Shown: positions 11,463 to 21,790 of the stretch, piece after piece
Layout: each line of letters begins with the position of its first letter
Position numbering within the stretch: position 1 is the first letter of the stretch
NCBI GenBank assembly: GCA_050014195.1
Contig: JBEKDT010000004.1
Location: forward strand, 64,001-128,000
From: Desulfomonilia bacterium
GTDB lineage: Bacteria; Desulfobacterota; Desulfomonilia; UBA1062
DNA length: 64,000 nucleotides
Reading direction: 5' to 3'
Position numbers and translations under genes: made by a program
The notes under the pieces: model-generated
Seen by the model: only the letters and a program-made list of their open reading frames with translations
What the model was told of the DNA's origin: nothing
Databases searched by the model: none

Positions 11463-11803
11463 CCCTTCTTAGGACATGGAGGAATATCCTGAGTAAAGAG
11501 GCGCAAGCCTTATCTCAGGGAAATCTCCAGGACCTGCAAAGCCTTTTTCAAGAAACATCAAAAATCCAGCACAAGCTTGGTAAACTGCTTGCGGCATCAA
11601 GCCTTGAAACAAAGAAGGATAAGAACGTCTCCACCATGATCAGGGAACTTCTTCAGGAACAGGAAAAGTTCATCGATTCCCTCAAGACCCAGACGAAAGA
11701 GCTCGCACAAGAAATCGGTTCACTGAAAAAAAGCAAGACCTCACTCAAGGGATATAAACAAAAAGGGGCCGCTTCGCCTCGTTTTATGAATGAGCGCACC
11801 TAA
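11432..11803 (+). CDS. Coiled-coil protein, FliT/FlgN-like flagellar chaperone
   Basis: Helical 123 aa downstream of fliS, ending LKGY...PRFMNERT. Confidence 0.55.
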   Translation: MADHHPETVITLLRTWRNILSKEAQALSQGNLQDLQSLFQETSKIQHKLGKLLAASSLETKKDKNVSTMIRELLQEQEKFIDSLKTQTKELAQEIGSLKKSKTSLKGYKQKGAASPRFMNERT

Positions 11804-11859
11804 TAATTCCCACCCTGATGAGTTGACAGACGGAATAATTTCTCCTAGTCTGTGGGCCT

Positions 11860-12453
11860 ATGCAGATGCTACTCTCATCGGGCTCCCCGAGACGAAAAGA
11901 ACTCCTTTCCCTCCTTGGAATACCCTTCCAGGTTAAGGTCCCCAACATACCCGAAGTTCAGCGAATAAATGAAACACCCCGGTCATTCTGTTTGCGGATC
12001 AGCAGGGAAAAGGCTGTCAAAGTGGCTCAGCTAAATCCTCATGCGCTGGTCATCGGGGCAGATACAATCGTTGTGATCGACGGGAAGATCCTCGGTAAGC
12101 CTCGCGACACAAGAGAGGCCAATGATTTTCTTATGCTCCTTCAAGACCGCGTACATGCCGTTTTTACCGGCTATACAATTATATTGGGCAATCATCATAT
12201 ATCAAAGGTGGTCCGCACGAAGGTCCGCTTCAGGGCCATGACCCCGGAAGAAATCTCATGGTATGTGTTAACCGGTGAGCCGATGGACAAGGCAGGGGCA
12301 TATGCGGTTCAAGGAATCGGTTCCCTCTTCATCGAAAAAGTCCACGGATGTTACACCAATGTGATAGGCTTGCCGCTTTCATATCTCTATAACGACTTGA
12401 AGAAATTTGGAATACTGCTACACTCAGGTTCAGGAGGAGGTTTTGACTCATGA
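11860..12453 (+). CDS. maf: Maf family nucleoside triphosphate pyrophosphatase
   Basis: SGSPRRKELL, IGADTIVV, GKP, DKAGAY, NVIGLP. Confidence 0.93.
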   Translation: MQMLLSSGSPRRKELLSLLGIPFQVKVPNIPEVQRINETPRSFCLRISREKAVKVAQLNPHALVIGADTIVVIDGKILGKPRDTREANDFLMLLQDRVHAVFTGYTIILGNHHISKVVRTKVRFRAMTPEEISWYVLTGEPMDKAGAYAVQGIGSLFIEKVHGCYTNVIGLPLSYLYNDLKKFGILLHSGSGGGFDS

Positions 12454-13946
12454 ACGGATATGTACTGGCAATTGATCAGGGTACAACGGGAAGCAGGGTG
12501 ATGATCCTCAACCACAAGGGTCAAGTGGTGGGATTGGCTTACTCTGAATTTCCCCAGATCTACCCCCAGCCAGGTTGGGTTGAGCATGACCCCGAGGTGA
12601 TCTGGGATACAACCATGGGTGTCATGAGAAAAGCACTGGAAGCTGCAAATGTTCAACCCACTGAGATTGTAGCCATTGGGATTACGAATCAGCGGGAGAC
12701 CACGGTCTTGTGGGAGAGAGAAACATTAAGGCCGGTGCACAATGCTATTGTCTGGCAATGCAGGAGATCAGCACAAATCTGCGATGCAATAAAGCAAGAA
12801 GGTCATGAGCACCTTTTCCGGGAAAAGACAGGTCTTGTACTCGATGCCTACTTTTCAGGCACCAAGGTCAAATGGCTCCTTGATACAATACCGGGCTTAA
12901 GGTCCCGGGCAAAATCCGGTGAGATCGCCTTCGGAACCATTGATACCTGGCTCATTGCCAAGCTTACCAAGGGCAGACTCCATGTAACGGACTATACAAA
13001 CGCATCCAGGACACTGATGTTCAATATCCATGAAAAATCCTGGGATGATCAGATCTTAAAAATACTTGATGTGCCTCGTGCCATGCTGCCACGCGTTGTG
13101 TCTTCAGCAGAAATCATCGGTAAGACCGACCCGGGTATAACAGGGGCGGCAATACCCATTGCAGGCATTGCCGGCGATCAACAGGCAGCACTATTCGGCC
13201 AGGGGTGTTTTGATGAGGGACAGGCAAAGAATACCTATGGGACAGGATGCTTTCTTCTTCTCAATATCGGAGATAAAAAAATTGATCCGAAAAATGGTCT
13301 CATACTTACCCTTGCCTGTGATGAGACGGGTAGACCTTGTTACGCACTCGAAGGGTCGGTGTTCATCGCGGGAGCGGTCATCCAATGGCTGCGCGACGGC
13401 CTCGCCCTGATCGCAGATGCCGCACAGTGCCAGGCAATTGCTGAGAGCGTAAGCGATTCACACGGCATCTATATGATCCCTGCCTTCGCCGGTCTTGGTG
13501 CTCCCTATTGGGATATGTACGCACGGGGTGCCATCATGGGAATAACCCGCAGCACAACCAAGGCGCATATTGTGCGCTCAGCACTTGAAGGTATCGCCTA
13601 TCAAGTAAAAGATCTTATCGGTGCGTTTGAACAATGCACTGGCAAATTTTTTGCTGATATAAAAGTCGATGGAGGTGCGTGCAGAAACGACTTCCTGATG
13701 CAGTTCCAGTCCGATATCCTGGGTTGCCCTGTTGACAGATCCAACCACATTGAATCCACAGGTATGGGCGCGGCTTATCTCGCAGGGATAGCAACAGGAT
13801 TCTGGAAACCCGGTGATGAAATCAGTGCCCTGAGAGGCTCAGACCGTATTTTCAAACCTAAAATCGATGGAACCACCCGAGATAAAATGTATGCCGGATG
13901 GAAAGAGGCAGTGGCAAGGGTGCTATCCAACCATAGGAACGCATGA
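12450..13946 (+). CDS. glpK: Glycerol kinase
   Basis: IDQGTTGSR, GITNQRET, DAYFSGTK, GDQQAALFGQ, KNTYGTG. Confidence 0.95.
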   Translation: MNGYVLAIDQGTTGSRVMILNHKGQVVGLAYSEFPQIYPQPGWVEHDPEVIWDTTMGVMRKALEAANVQPTEIVAIGITNQRETTVLWERETLRPVHNAIVWQCRRSAQICDAIKQEGHEHLFREKTGLVLDAYFSGTKVKWLLDTIPGLRSRAKSGEIAFGTIDTWLIAKLTKGRLHVTDYTNASRTLMFNIHEKSWDDQILKILDVPRAMLPRVVSSAEIIGKTDPGITGAAIPIAGIAGDQQAALFGQGCFDEGQAKNTYGTGCFLLLNIGDKKIDPKNGLILTLACDETGRPCYALEGSVFIAGAVIQWLRDGLALIADAAQCQAIAESVSDSHGIYMIPAFAGLGAPYWDMYARGAIMGITRSTTKAHIVRSALEGIAYQVKDLIGAFEQCTGKFFADIKVDGGACRNDFLMQFQSDILGCPVDRSNHIESTGMGAAYLAGIATGFWKPGDEISALRGSDRIFKPKIDGTTRDKMYAGWKEAVARVLSNHRNA

Positions 13947-14710
13947 GCATATTCGAATACACCGGCAGGGCAACAATTGCCTTTCTGGAGGAGCTTGGTG
14001 CTTTCTTTATCTTCTTCTACCAGGCTGTTACCCATCTTGTGCGACCACCTCTGTTTATTAAACAATTCTTTAAACAGATGGAATTCATCGGGATCCGTTC
14101 AACACCTGTTGTGATGCTCACCGGCGTGTTTTCCGGGATGGTAGGGGCGCTGCAGACCTATCATGGATTCAGCCTCTTTGGGGCTGAGTCTCTTGTGGGC
14201 TCCACGACTGCCCTGAGCTTACTCAGGGAACTCGGGCCAGTGCTCGCATCATTAATGGTGACGGCCCGGGCCGGGTCGGCAATGACCGCCGAAATCGGCA
14301 TCATGCGCGTGACACAACAGATTGACGCACTTGTCGTGATGGGTGTCAACCCCCTCCAATACCTCATTATACCGCGGGTTCTGGCCAGCATCATCATGAT
14401 GCCCATGCTGACTTTAATATTCGACAGCATCGGGATGGTCGGATCTTATATAGTCGGCACTATGGTTCTTGATATCGACCAAGGGGTCTTCATGGCACGC
14501 ATTGCGGAGATTGTCGTCTACCATGATCTTTTTTCCGGATTGATCAAAGCTGCATTCTTCGGGGCGATATTGTCCATCGTGGGATGCTACAAAGGTTACA
14601 GCACAAGCGGAGGTGCGGAAGGTGTAGGTCATGCAGCCACGCAATCAGTAGTAATCTCTTCGGTAAGCATCCTTATTGCAGACTACATACTTACCGCCAT
14701 TATGTTCTAA
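13943..14710 (+). CDS. mlaE: MlaE family ABC permease
   Basis: LRELGPVL...ARAGSAMTAEIGIM...QIDAL..MGVNP; GGAEGVG. Confidence 0.92.
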   Translation: MSIFEYTGRATIAFLEELGAFFIFFYQAVTHLVRPPLFIKQFFKQMEFIGIRSTPVVMLTGVFSGMVGALQTYHGFSLFGAESLVGSTTALSLLRELGPVLASLMVTARAGSAMTAEIGIMRVTQQIDALVVMGVNPLQYLIIPRVLASIIMMPMLTLIFDSIGMVGSYIVGTMVLDIDQGVFMARIAEIVVYHDLFSGLIKAAFFGAILSIVGCYKGYSTSGGAEGVGHAATQSVVISSVSILIADYILTAIMF

Positions 14711-14764
14711 AATAAAGAAAGAAGTCATCTTGCAGTATTCAATATTCTGAAATTATCTTACCCT

Positions 14765-15193
14765 TTAAGCCTCCGCAGCAGACGAGGTCATGGCAATGGC
14801 ATCTACAGGGCAATCCAGTGCACAAAAACCGCACCCGATACAAGCCTTACCATCCTTGAGGTAAGGATGCCCATGGGGATCTGCCGAGTCATTCGGTTGG
14901 GAGAGGGCAAGGCAATTCACAGGGCAGGTATCGATGCATATGTTGCATGACATGCATTGCTTCACGTTTACTATAGGCTTTTTCCATTGAGTACGTTTAA
15001 TCATGGCGCACAGGTTTCCGAACTGATCAAGAACCGAGGCATGCGGGCATATCCGACCGCATGCCCCGCATTCGATGCAAATGGATTGGTCGATGGCGTG
15101 GACCTCTTTCTTCTCACCTATTATAGCCATGACAGGGCAAACCTTCTTGCATGCCTGGCAACCAACGCATGATTGTGTGATCGTAAACGGCAT
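14765..15193 (-). CDS. Polyferredoxin with four 4Fe-4S motifs
   Basis: Four CxxCxxCxxxCP motifs; 17 nt downstream of the AOR gene. Confidence 0.9.
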   Translation of the reverse strand: MPFTITQSCVGCQACKKVCPVMAIIGEKKEVHAIDQSICIECGACGRICPHASVLDQFGNLCAMIKRTQWKKPIVNVKQCMSCNICIDTCPVNCLALSQPNDSADPHGHPYLKDGKACIGCGFCALDCPVDAIAMTSSAAEA

Positions 15194-15210
15194 ATTTCCC
15201 CCCATATTTC

Positions 15211-17172
15211 TCAGCTGATCTCAATACCAAGCCTGGTCAAACACTGCTGTGTCGGCTTTCCCGTTACCGTGTCCCACCCGAACTGGGCCCAGTAATCACT
15301 CATCAGCTTTTCTATTTGCACCGTCCTGCCCTTATTGGCGCCGTGTATGAGAGGAGCCCTGCCGACTGCACGGTCGCTCAGTTTGTTTGATTTCGGCTCG
15401 ATACCATGCTTGACATTGAATGCCTGCTTCAGGGTCTGGATACGCTCACCGATCTCCATGTATTCTTCCGGAGTCTTGTGCCAGCCGGTGACTGCATTGA
15501 GCCAGTCAAAGGTCGGGGTCCGCTTGATGCCGAGGAAGGCCCCGAACATACAGATACCCGCTCCGTTCACCACACACATATACTTGCTGCAAGCAGCGGA
15601 TTCCTGTGCCTGCTTTTGACTTGCCTTATATCTGCTGTTTTTGAAATAAATCTCAAAGGGCCATTTTACCGGCAGGTCCTTCACTTTCTTCCAGAGCTGA
15701 AACATCTCGTAATAGAGATACGCACCAATGGTGTGCCGTCCCGGAGTCGGTTCGACAGAATATGCCACTGCAAACCCGGGGTCCATCCTGCCGTCGTGCA
15801 TGGCAGGCTCCTGACCACCTGCATGGACTGCAAATTTCTCAGCCCCCTTTCCGATCTTTTTGGATGCTGCCTTGGTCCCATCCGCCAGGATGTCCCCTAT
15901 CCCTTCACGGCTGATCATCATTTCTATGAGCGTTTTCGCCGCCTTGGTGTTTCCCCAGGTAAGCTCGATGCCCCCGGTATCCTCCTTGGTGAGGATTCCA
16001 TTCTCAAAGCACTCCATAGCAAAGGCCACGCTCGCTCCTGCTGAGATCGTATCCATACCTGCCCGGTTTAACATTTCATTGAATTCAAAGAGGCTGTCAG
16101 TGTCCTCATTCATGCAGAGTCCGCCAAGGGCGAGAACCGATTCATATTCCGGTTTATGCGTCTCCATGTCCTTACCGGGCATGGAGCAGATACCACCGCA
16201 ACCAAGGGGGCATGAATAGCAGTGATACTTGATCTTTTCATGACTATTGATGCGGTCGGGGTTGGCGGATTTGGATTTCTTCATGGGCCAGTCCACATTA
16301 CTGCCCTTCCAATTCTTTATGGGAGAATCCCCCCATTCCACTGACATCTGGTTCAGGCCACCGGTCCCCCACTGCTTCAGTATCATCTTGTAGATCATCC
16401 CGTCCATGGCCATGGCCGTAGGCAGTATCCTCAGCAGGATTCCCAATAGGCCCATACCGGTGCCCGGTCCTAAGGGAAGCTGAAACTGCACCCACTTGTT
16501 ACAGGTCTTGCTCAATCTCTTTACTTCGTTGCGGTCATTAGGCACGATACGCTTCTTCCCATCAAGCACAACGGCCTTGAGCTTTTTAGAACCCATTACT
16601 GCGCCAAGGCCGGAGCGCGCTGCAAGCCTGCCTTTGTCGTTGCTTATACCCGAGATAAGGGAGAGCCGTTCACCTGCAGGCCCGATGGATGCGACCCGTG
16701 CTCCTTCGCCGAATTCATTCCTTAAGAGCTCTTCAGTCTCGACCGTGTCTTTCCCCCACAACTGCGTTGCATCCCTCAGCTCTGACCTGCCATTCTTCAC
16801 GTACAGCAGCACCGGCCTTTCACTGATGCCCTTAAAAAAGATCCCATCGTATCCACAGCGCTTGATCGCAGGAGAGAACGATCCTCCGCAATTGGCATCT
16901 CCCCATCCTCCGGTGAGAGGGGATTTGCCTACTGCCATCCACCGTCCTGAAAACAGGCTGCCGGTCCCGGTTAAGAGGCCTGATACGAACCCGAGGATGT
17001 TGTCCGGCCCCAGAGGGTCGGCACCGGCCGGTATCCTGCCGTACAGGAGATGGGCGGCAAGCCCTATCCCTGAAAGGTACTTCTCATAAACCTCCTCAGG
17101 TACGACTTCTTCTTTGATTTCGCTGGTTGTAAGATCAACCATCAAGATCTTACCCATGTAGCCTCGATCCAT
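15211..17172 (-). CDS. aor: Aldehyde:ferredoxin oxidoreductase (W/Mo)
   Basis: GYMGKILMVDL, KSPLTGGWGDANCGG, IGPAGE, GRLAARSGLGAVMGSKKLKAV, CxxCPLGC, PEYE, GMDTIS. Confidence 0.92.
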   Translation of the reverse strand: MDRGYMGKILMVDLTTSEIKEEVVPEEVYEKYLSGIGLAAHLLYGRIPAGADPLGPDNILGFVSGLLTGTGSLFSGRWMAVGKSPLTGGWGDANCGGSFSPAIKRCGYDGIFFKGISERPVLLYVKNGRSELRDATQLWGKDTVETEELLRNEFGEGARVASIGPAGERLSLISGISNDKGRLAARSGLGAVMGSKKLKAVVLDGKKRIVPNDRNEVKRLSKTCNKWVQFQLPLGPGTGMGLLGILLRILPTAMAMDGMIYKMILKQWGTGGLNQMSVEWGDSPIKNWKGSNVDWPMKKSKSANPDRINSHEKIKYHCYSCPLGCGGICSMPGKDMETHKPEYESVLALGGLCMNEDTDSLFEFNEMLNRAGMDTISAGASVAFAMECFENGILTKEDTGGIELTWGNTKAAKTLIEMMISREGIGDILADGTKAASKKIGKGAEKFAVHAGGQEPAMHDGRMDPGFAVAYSVEPTPGRHTIGAYLYYEMFQLWKKVKDLPVKWPFEIYFKNSRYKASQKQAQESAACSKYMCVVNGAGICMFGAFLGIKRTPTFDWLNAVTGWHKTPEEYMEIGERIQTLKQAFNVKHGIEPKSNKLSDRAVGRAPLIHGANKGRTVQIEKLMSDYWAQFGWDTVTGKPTQQCLTRLGIEIS

Positions 17173-17272
17173 AACCCCTCCTTGTGTGCTGTATACATGA
17201 AGGTCCATTTATGAAAGAAACTGTCTTAAGTCTATTTATTGAAAAAATGGGACCAAAAAGTCTACTAATTTC

Positions 17273-17324
17273 TTGACATATACGCTTCTGAAGATATAAT
17301 AACAATGTTATCTTAACATCGTTA
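17273..17324 (+). promoter_or_regulatory. Sigma70 promoter with two palindromic operator sites
   Basis: TTGACA(17273)-N16-TATAAT(17295), then TAACAATGTTA (17300) and TAACATCGTTA (17314). Confidence 0.75.
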
Positions 17325-17341
17325 TTCTTATAGGATTTTAT

Positions 17342-18034
17342 ATGCCTAAGAAAGCCCGGAGTCAAGCAGACATTGAGACATTCAGAGAAAAAATCCTTGA
17401 TGAAGCCTTATCTATCATATCTGATCATGGGTTTAAATACTTCAGCATGAGAAAGCTTGCCTCACGCCTCGGCATGACTGCTACGACGATCTATAATTAC
17501 TATTCCAACAAAGATGAGCTCTATCTTATGATCCTGACAAAGGGGTTTGATGAGCTCGTTACCACCTTCAAAAGAATCGAAAGTACCAATGACGATCCAT
17601 TAGAAAAAATAAAGAGAATAGTGCGCGCATATGTGGAGTTCGGCATCAAGAAATCTCATTACTACAATATCATGTTCACCTCTGATGCCCCGAAATATCT
17701 CGATTACGTAGGGACTACGATAGAGCCGGTTGCGTACTTTGAGAAGAATACCGCGGTTCAGCTCATTGAGATCACATCGAGTGTGGCCAGAAAAATAATG
17801 AGAGGTAATGATATCCCCGAAGAGACAATGAAACTCTTGATCTTCAGAATCTGGAGCTCTTTGCATGGTATTATCACCTTATATAACAGCCGTGTACTCC
17901 ATGAGGTGGAAGAAAACCCGGATGCCATGCTTGAAAAGATGGTTGATACTATCATTGTTTCATTCCAGGAGCTCTTCATGAGACTCGGGAAGGCAGATAC
18001 TTCCACCAGAGCAATTACTATGGCAGTCAGCTGA
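17342..18034 (+). CDS. TetR/AcrR family regulator
   Basis: ILDEALSII..GF...SMRKLA..LGMTATTIYNYYSNKDELY; WSSLHG motif. Confidence 0.93.
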   Translation: MPKKARSQADIETFREKILDEALSIISDHGFKYFSMRKLASRLGMTATTIYNYYSNKDELYLMILTKGFDELVTTFKRIESTNDDPLEKIKRIVRAYVEFGIKKSHYYNIMFTSDAPKYLDYVGTTIEPVAYFEKNTAVQLIEITSSVARKIMRGNDIPEETMKLLIFRIWSSLHGIITLYNSRVLHEVEENPDAMLEKMVDTIIVSFQELFMRLGKADTSTRAITMAVS

Positions 18035-18049
18035 CCTCAGGGGGATTCT

Positions 18050-21013
18050 ATGAGCAAGAAAAACGTGGCAAATGTCCTTACCCACCTTGTTCTTCAAGTC
18101 ATGGCACTTTGCTTTAATCTAGTCCCGAGTTTCAATAAATACCTCAAAAGTCGTGATGGGTGGATCAACTTTTCAGTAGCCCTCAGCACAGAGGATAAAC
18201 GCGTGAGGCAGGTCATTTCATTCAACAATGGAAAGGCCAGGGTACGTTGGAATGCACCTGAGGATGTTAATGTTGAACTGGTTTTCATGGACACACATGT
18301 CTTGGGTGAGATGACCAAACTCCCCCCAAACGAGGTGCTGAATCTTATTCTGAAGAACAAGCTGACCATCAAGGGGAATCTCGCATATGCCCAACTCTTC
18401 AACTTCTTCATCTCCTTACTGTTAAAGGGCAAGCAGATCAAAATGATGGAAAAACAGGTAAAGGAACAGATGTATGCCCTCTGCGTGGCATACCCCGAAC
18501 CGGCTAAAGAATTGCTGCCGAGGCAGAAGGCCAACATGGAGGCTGCTCGTGTTGATCCCGGTGTAAAGTGTATAACCAATGACCCATATCTCTCCCATTA
18601 TTCACTGGATGATTTTCCGAGGCTGAAACGTTTTCTGGACATCCATTTGAATACAAGACCTTCTGTGTGCCATGAAAGACCGCTGCTGCTGACTGAATGG
18701 TTCAGAAAGAATGGCTTCGAGAATGATACCTCAGGGAAGCCATGGGTCCCTGAGCTTCGACAGGCCGAGGCATTTAAGCATCTGATGGAAAACAAAAAGC
18801 CCATCATCCGCAAAGATGATCTTATTGCAGGCACTACAACCACAAAAGACATCGGTGTAGTCATCTACCCTGATGCCCATGGGACAATGATTTGGGGAGA
18901 GCTGCTCACTGCTCAGTACAGACATTTGTTCCCCTATGACATTTCCGATGAGACCGTCGAGGTCCTCCATCATCAAGTCTTCCCATTCTGGACCGAGCGT
19001 AACTTCCGGGAATGGGTGAGGAACACCTACAATAACCCCTTGTGCCAACAGCTCGATGAGCGTTTTGCAGTCTATTTCCTGTGGAAAACCGTTGCCCTGT
19101 CCCACACTATCATTGATTATCCAAAGCTCCTCAAGATGGGGGCACGTGGGATCATTCAAGAGATCGAGGAAGAGATAGAGCAGGATGCAGGAGCCGACGA
19201 GCTCAAGAAGGATACTTTAAGGGCCATGATCATGTGTTATGAGGGTCTCATCGCTTATGCGAAAAACCTGGCCGGACAGGCCAGGATCGAAGCCGATAAA
19301 CAAACCGATCCTCAGCGCAAGGGCGAACTGATGAGGCTGAGTGAGATCTGTGAGAAGGTCCCGGAGAACCCCAGTACGACCCTGGATGAGGCAATCAACG
19401 CCATCTGGATCCACTGGATCGGCGTGCACATGGAAAATACCAATGCCGGCTTCTCAATCGGTAGGATGGACCAGTGGCTCCAGCCCTATTTTGTTTCGGA
19501 CTTAAAGAAGATCAGATCAAAGGCAAAAAAACAGGAATACATCAAACATGCCATCGAACTTGTGGGATGTTTCTATATGCGCTGTACGGATCACCTGCCC
19601 CTCATCCCGGATATAGGCAACTACCTTTTCGGGGGCAGTTCCTCAGACCAGGCCATCACATTAGGCGGTGTTACACCGGACGGTGAAGATGCCGTCAATG
19701 ACATGACCTATATATTCCTCAAGGTCACAGAGATGCTGGGTATCAGAGATCCGAACATGAATGCCAGGTACCACAGGGAGAAAAACACGACCACCTACCT
19801 GAAAAGACTCTGCGAGGTCAATTTAAATACGACAGCCACCCCATCCATACACAATGATGTGGTTGTGATGGAGTCCCTTAAGGAGTTCAACTATATCCCT
19901 GAGCATTTAAGAGACTGGGCGGCCACCGGGTGCGTGGAGCCGACCCTCTCCGGCAGACACATCGGCCACACGAACTGCATGATGTTCAACATGGTTGCAG
20001 CCTTGGAGATGGCGATTTTCAACGGCCACCATCCCCTCATGAGGTGGGATGTCGGTCCCAAGACCGGTGATATCAACAATGGGGGTTTCAAAACCTTTGA
20101 TGACTTTTTCGATGCATTCTGCACCCAGCTCGATTTCCTCTTAGAGAATTCATGCGAGTACAACAGGCTGCTGGGTGAAGCGCATAGCGTCATACGGCCG
20201 ACACCGTTCATATCGGGCCTCGTGGAAGGATGTCTCCGGAAAGGCCGGGATGTAACCAAAGGCGGTGCGCTCTACAACTCCTCCGGTACAGCATGCATAG
20301 GGCTTGCAGACATTACCGATTCACTCATGGTCATTAAGAAGCTCGTTTTTGATGAAAAAAAGACCAGCCTTTCTGAGATCAGAAAGGCGCTTGAAACAAA
20401 TTTTGCAGATAATCCTGTCCTGCATACACTCATACTCAAAAAGGTCCCTCTATTCGGGTCAGGTAATGCCGATGCGGTTCATATGGCAAACCGACTGACG
20501 CATTACATCCATGACAAGTTCGGGGAACAGGTAAACTTCCGTGGAGGAAAATACACTGCAGGGTTCTGGTCCATGTCCAACCACGTGGCCTTCGGGACAC
20601 TGACCGGGGCACTGCCTTCGGGGAGACTTGCCTCCAAGCCTTTCACGCCCGGGCTCACCCCGGAGGCTCATGCATCTCGCAACCTTCTGGACAATATCCG
20701 GGACGTTGCCCAACTCGTGCCAGAGAACATGAATAATAATATTGCATTCAATGTAAAAGTTGTGCCCTCGGCCAAGGATGGACACGAAAAGACTGTCGAG
20801 CATATCTACTCATATGCTAAGACCTACTTCGACCTCGGCGGCATGCAGATGCAGTTTAATGTGGTCTCATCGGATACCCTAAGAGATGCCATGCTCCACC
20901 CCGAGAATTACAAGAACCTCATGGTCCGCATCTCGGGATATAATGCCTATTTTGTTACCCTAAACAAAGACATGCAACTCGAGCTTATCGAACGTGCAGA
21001 GTACGGACTATAA
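18050..21013 (+). CDS. Glycyl radical enzyme (PFL-like) with N-terminal SCP2-like domain
   Basis: GCVEP Cys loop and C-terminal VRISGYNAYF glycyl-radical motif; N-terminal ~125 aa ends LKNKLTIKGNLAYAQLF. Confidence 0.88.
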   Translation: MSKKNVANVLTHLVLQVMALCFNLVPSFNKYLKSRDGWINFSVALSTEDKRVRQVISFNNGKARVRWNAPEDVNVELVFMDTHVLGEMTKLPPNEVLNLILKNKLTIKGNLAYAQLFNFFISLLLKGKQIKMMEKQVKEQMYALCVAYPEPAKELLPRQKANMEAARVDPGVKCITNDPYLSHYSLDDFPRLKRFLDIHLNTRPSVCHERPLLLTEWFRKNGFENDTSGKPWVPELRQAEAFKHLMENKKPIIRKDDLIAGTTTTKDIGVVIYPDAHGTMIWGELLTAQYRHLFPYDISDETVEVLHHQVFPFWTERNFREWVRNTYNNPLCQQLDERFAVYFLWKTVALSHTIIDYPKLLKMGARGIIQEIEEEIEQDAGADELKKDTLRAMIMCYEGLIAYAKNLAGQARIEADKQTDPQRKGELMRLSEICEKVPENPSTTLDEAINAIWIHWIGVHMENTNAGFSIGRMDQWLQPYFVSDLKKIRSKAKKQEYIKHAIELVGCFYMRCTDHLPLIPDIGNYLFGGSSSDQAITLGGVTPDGEDAVNDMTYIFLKVTEMLGIRDPNMNARYHREKNTTTYLKRLCEVNLNTTATPSIHNDVVVMESLKEFNYIPEHLRDWAATGCVEPTLSGRHIGHTNCMMFNMVAALEMAIFNGHHPLMRWDVGPKTGDINNGGFKTFDDFFDAFCTQLDFLLENSCEYNRLLGEAHSVIRPTPFISGLVEGCLRKGRDVTKGGALYNSSGTACIGLADITDSLMVIKKLVFDEKKTSLSEIRKALETNFADNPVLHTLILKKVPLFGSGNADAVHMANRLTHYIHDKFGEQVNFRGGKYTAGFWSMSNHVAFGTLTGALPSGRLASKPFTPGLTPEAHASRNLLDNIRDVAQLVPENMNNNIAFNVKVVPSAKDGHEKTVEHIYSYAKTYFDLGGMQMQFNVVSSDTLRDAMLHPENYKNLMVRISGYNAYFVTLNKDMQLELIERAEYGL

Positions 21014-21032
21014 ATAAAAGCATCTGATCTTT

Positions 21033-21482
21033 TTATGGGATTATTCGTTTAAGATGCCTTTCCACTTCCTCTTGGGGCATTGCACCCATGAGCGTATCAA
21101 CAATATTGCCGTCCTTGAATAAGAGGAGGCTCGGGATTGAACGTATCTTATATTGGGAGGCCGTTAAAGGGTTTTCATCCACATTCACTTTCACGACCTT
21201 AAGTTTTCCGGCATACTTTATCGCTATTTCATCAAGTACTGGAGACATCATTTTGCACGGTCCGCACCATGAGGCCCAAAAGTCAACGAGTACGGGTGAA
21301 ATGCAATTCAACACCTCTGACTTGAAATTCCCATCATTTGCTGTAATGGCATGTCCATAAGGTTGAACATCGATACGTGCATGACACTTACCACAGAACG
21401 CTTCGTCCCCAATCCGAACCTTGGGAATCCTGTTTTTTGAACCGCACTTCCTGCACTCAGTAATTATAAAACCATTATCCAT
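21033..21482 (-). CDS. trxC: Thioredoxin 2 with zinc ribbon
   Basis: CRKCGSKNR...CGKC plus WCGPC. Confidence 0.9.
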   Translation of the reverse strand: MDNGFIITECRKCGSKNRIPKVRIGDEAFCGKCHARIDVQPYGHAITANDGNFKSEVLNCISPVLVDFWASWCGPCKMMSPVLDEIAIKYAGKLKVVKVNVDENPLTASQYKIRSIPSLLLFKDGNIVDTLMGAMPQEEVERHLKRIIP

Positions 21483-21790
21483 GATGCGCTCCAATAAATC
21501 TGATCAATATGGAAAATATCCCAACCGCTCCTTTTCTTCTGTTTTTTTCATAGTGACACGCAAGGTCTTTTCCAAGGTGTTATCCTACAATTCTTTATTT
21601 TTTGGTTCGCAACATCGAATCTTCATCAACCGGCAAGGCACTAAAAATATATTGACATAAAAATCAATATGGTGTTATTTGATTTGTTGACATGTTGGTC
21701 AGATTTTATGATCCATCTATTTGTAATCATTTAGAATCGAATTTCTCACTAACAACGGGATAGTACATAACAGCAAAGGAGAAAGACTCT

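Noticed and set aside
18050-21013. Calling the GRE pflB or glycerol dehydratase
   Set aside because: It lacks the PFL Cys-Cys pair, and proximity to glpK cannot assign a substrate.
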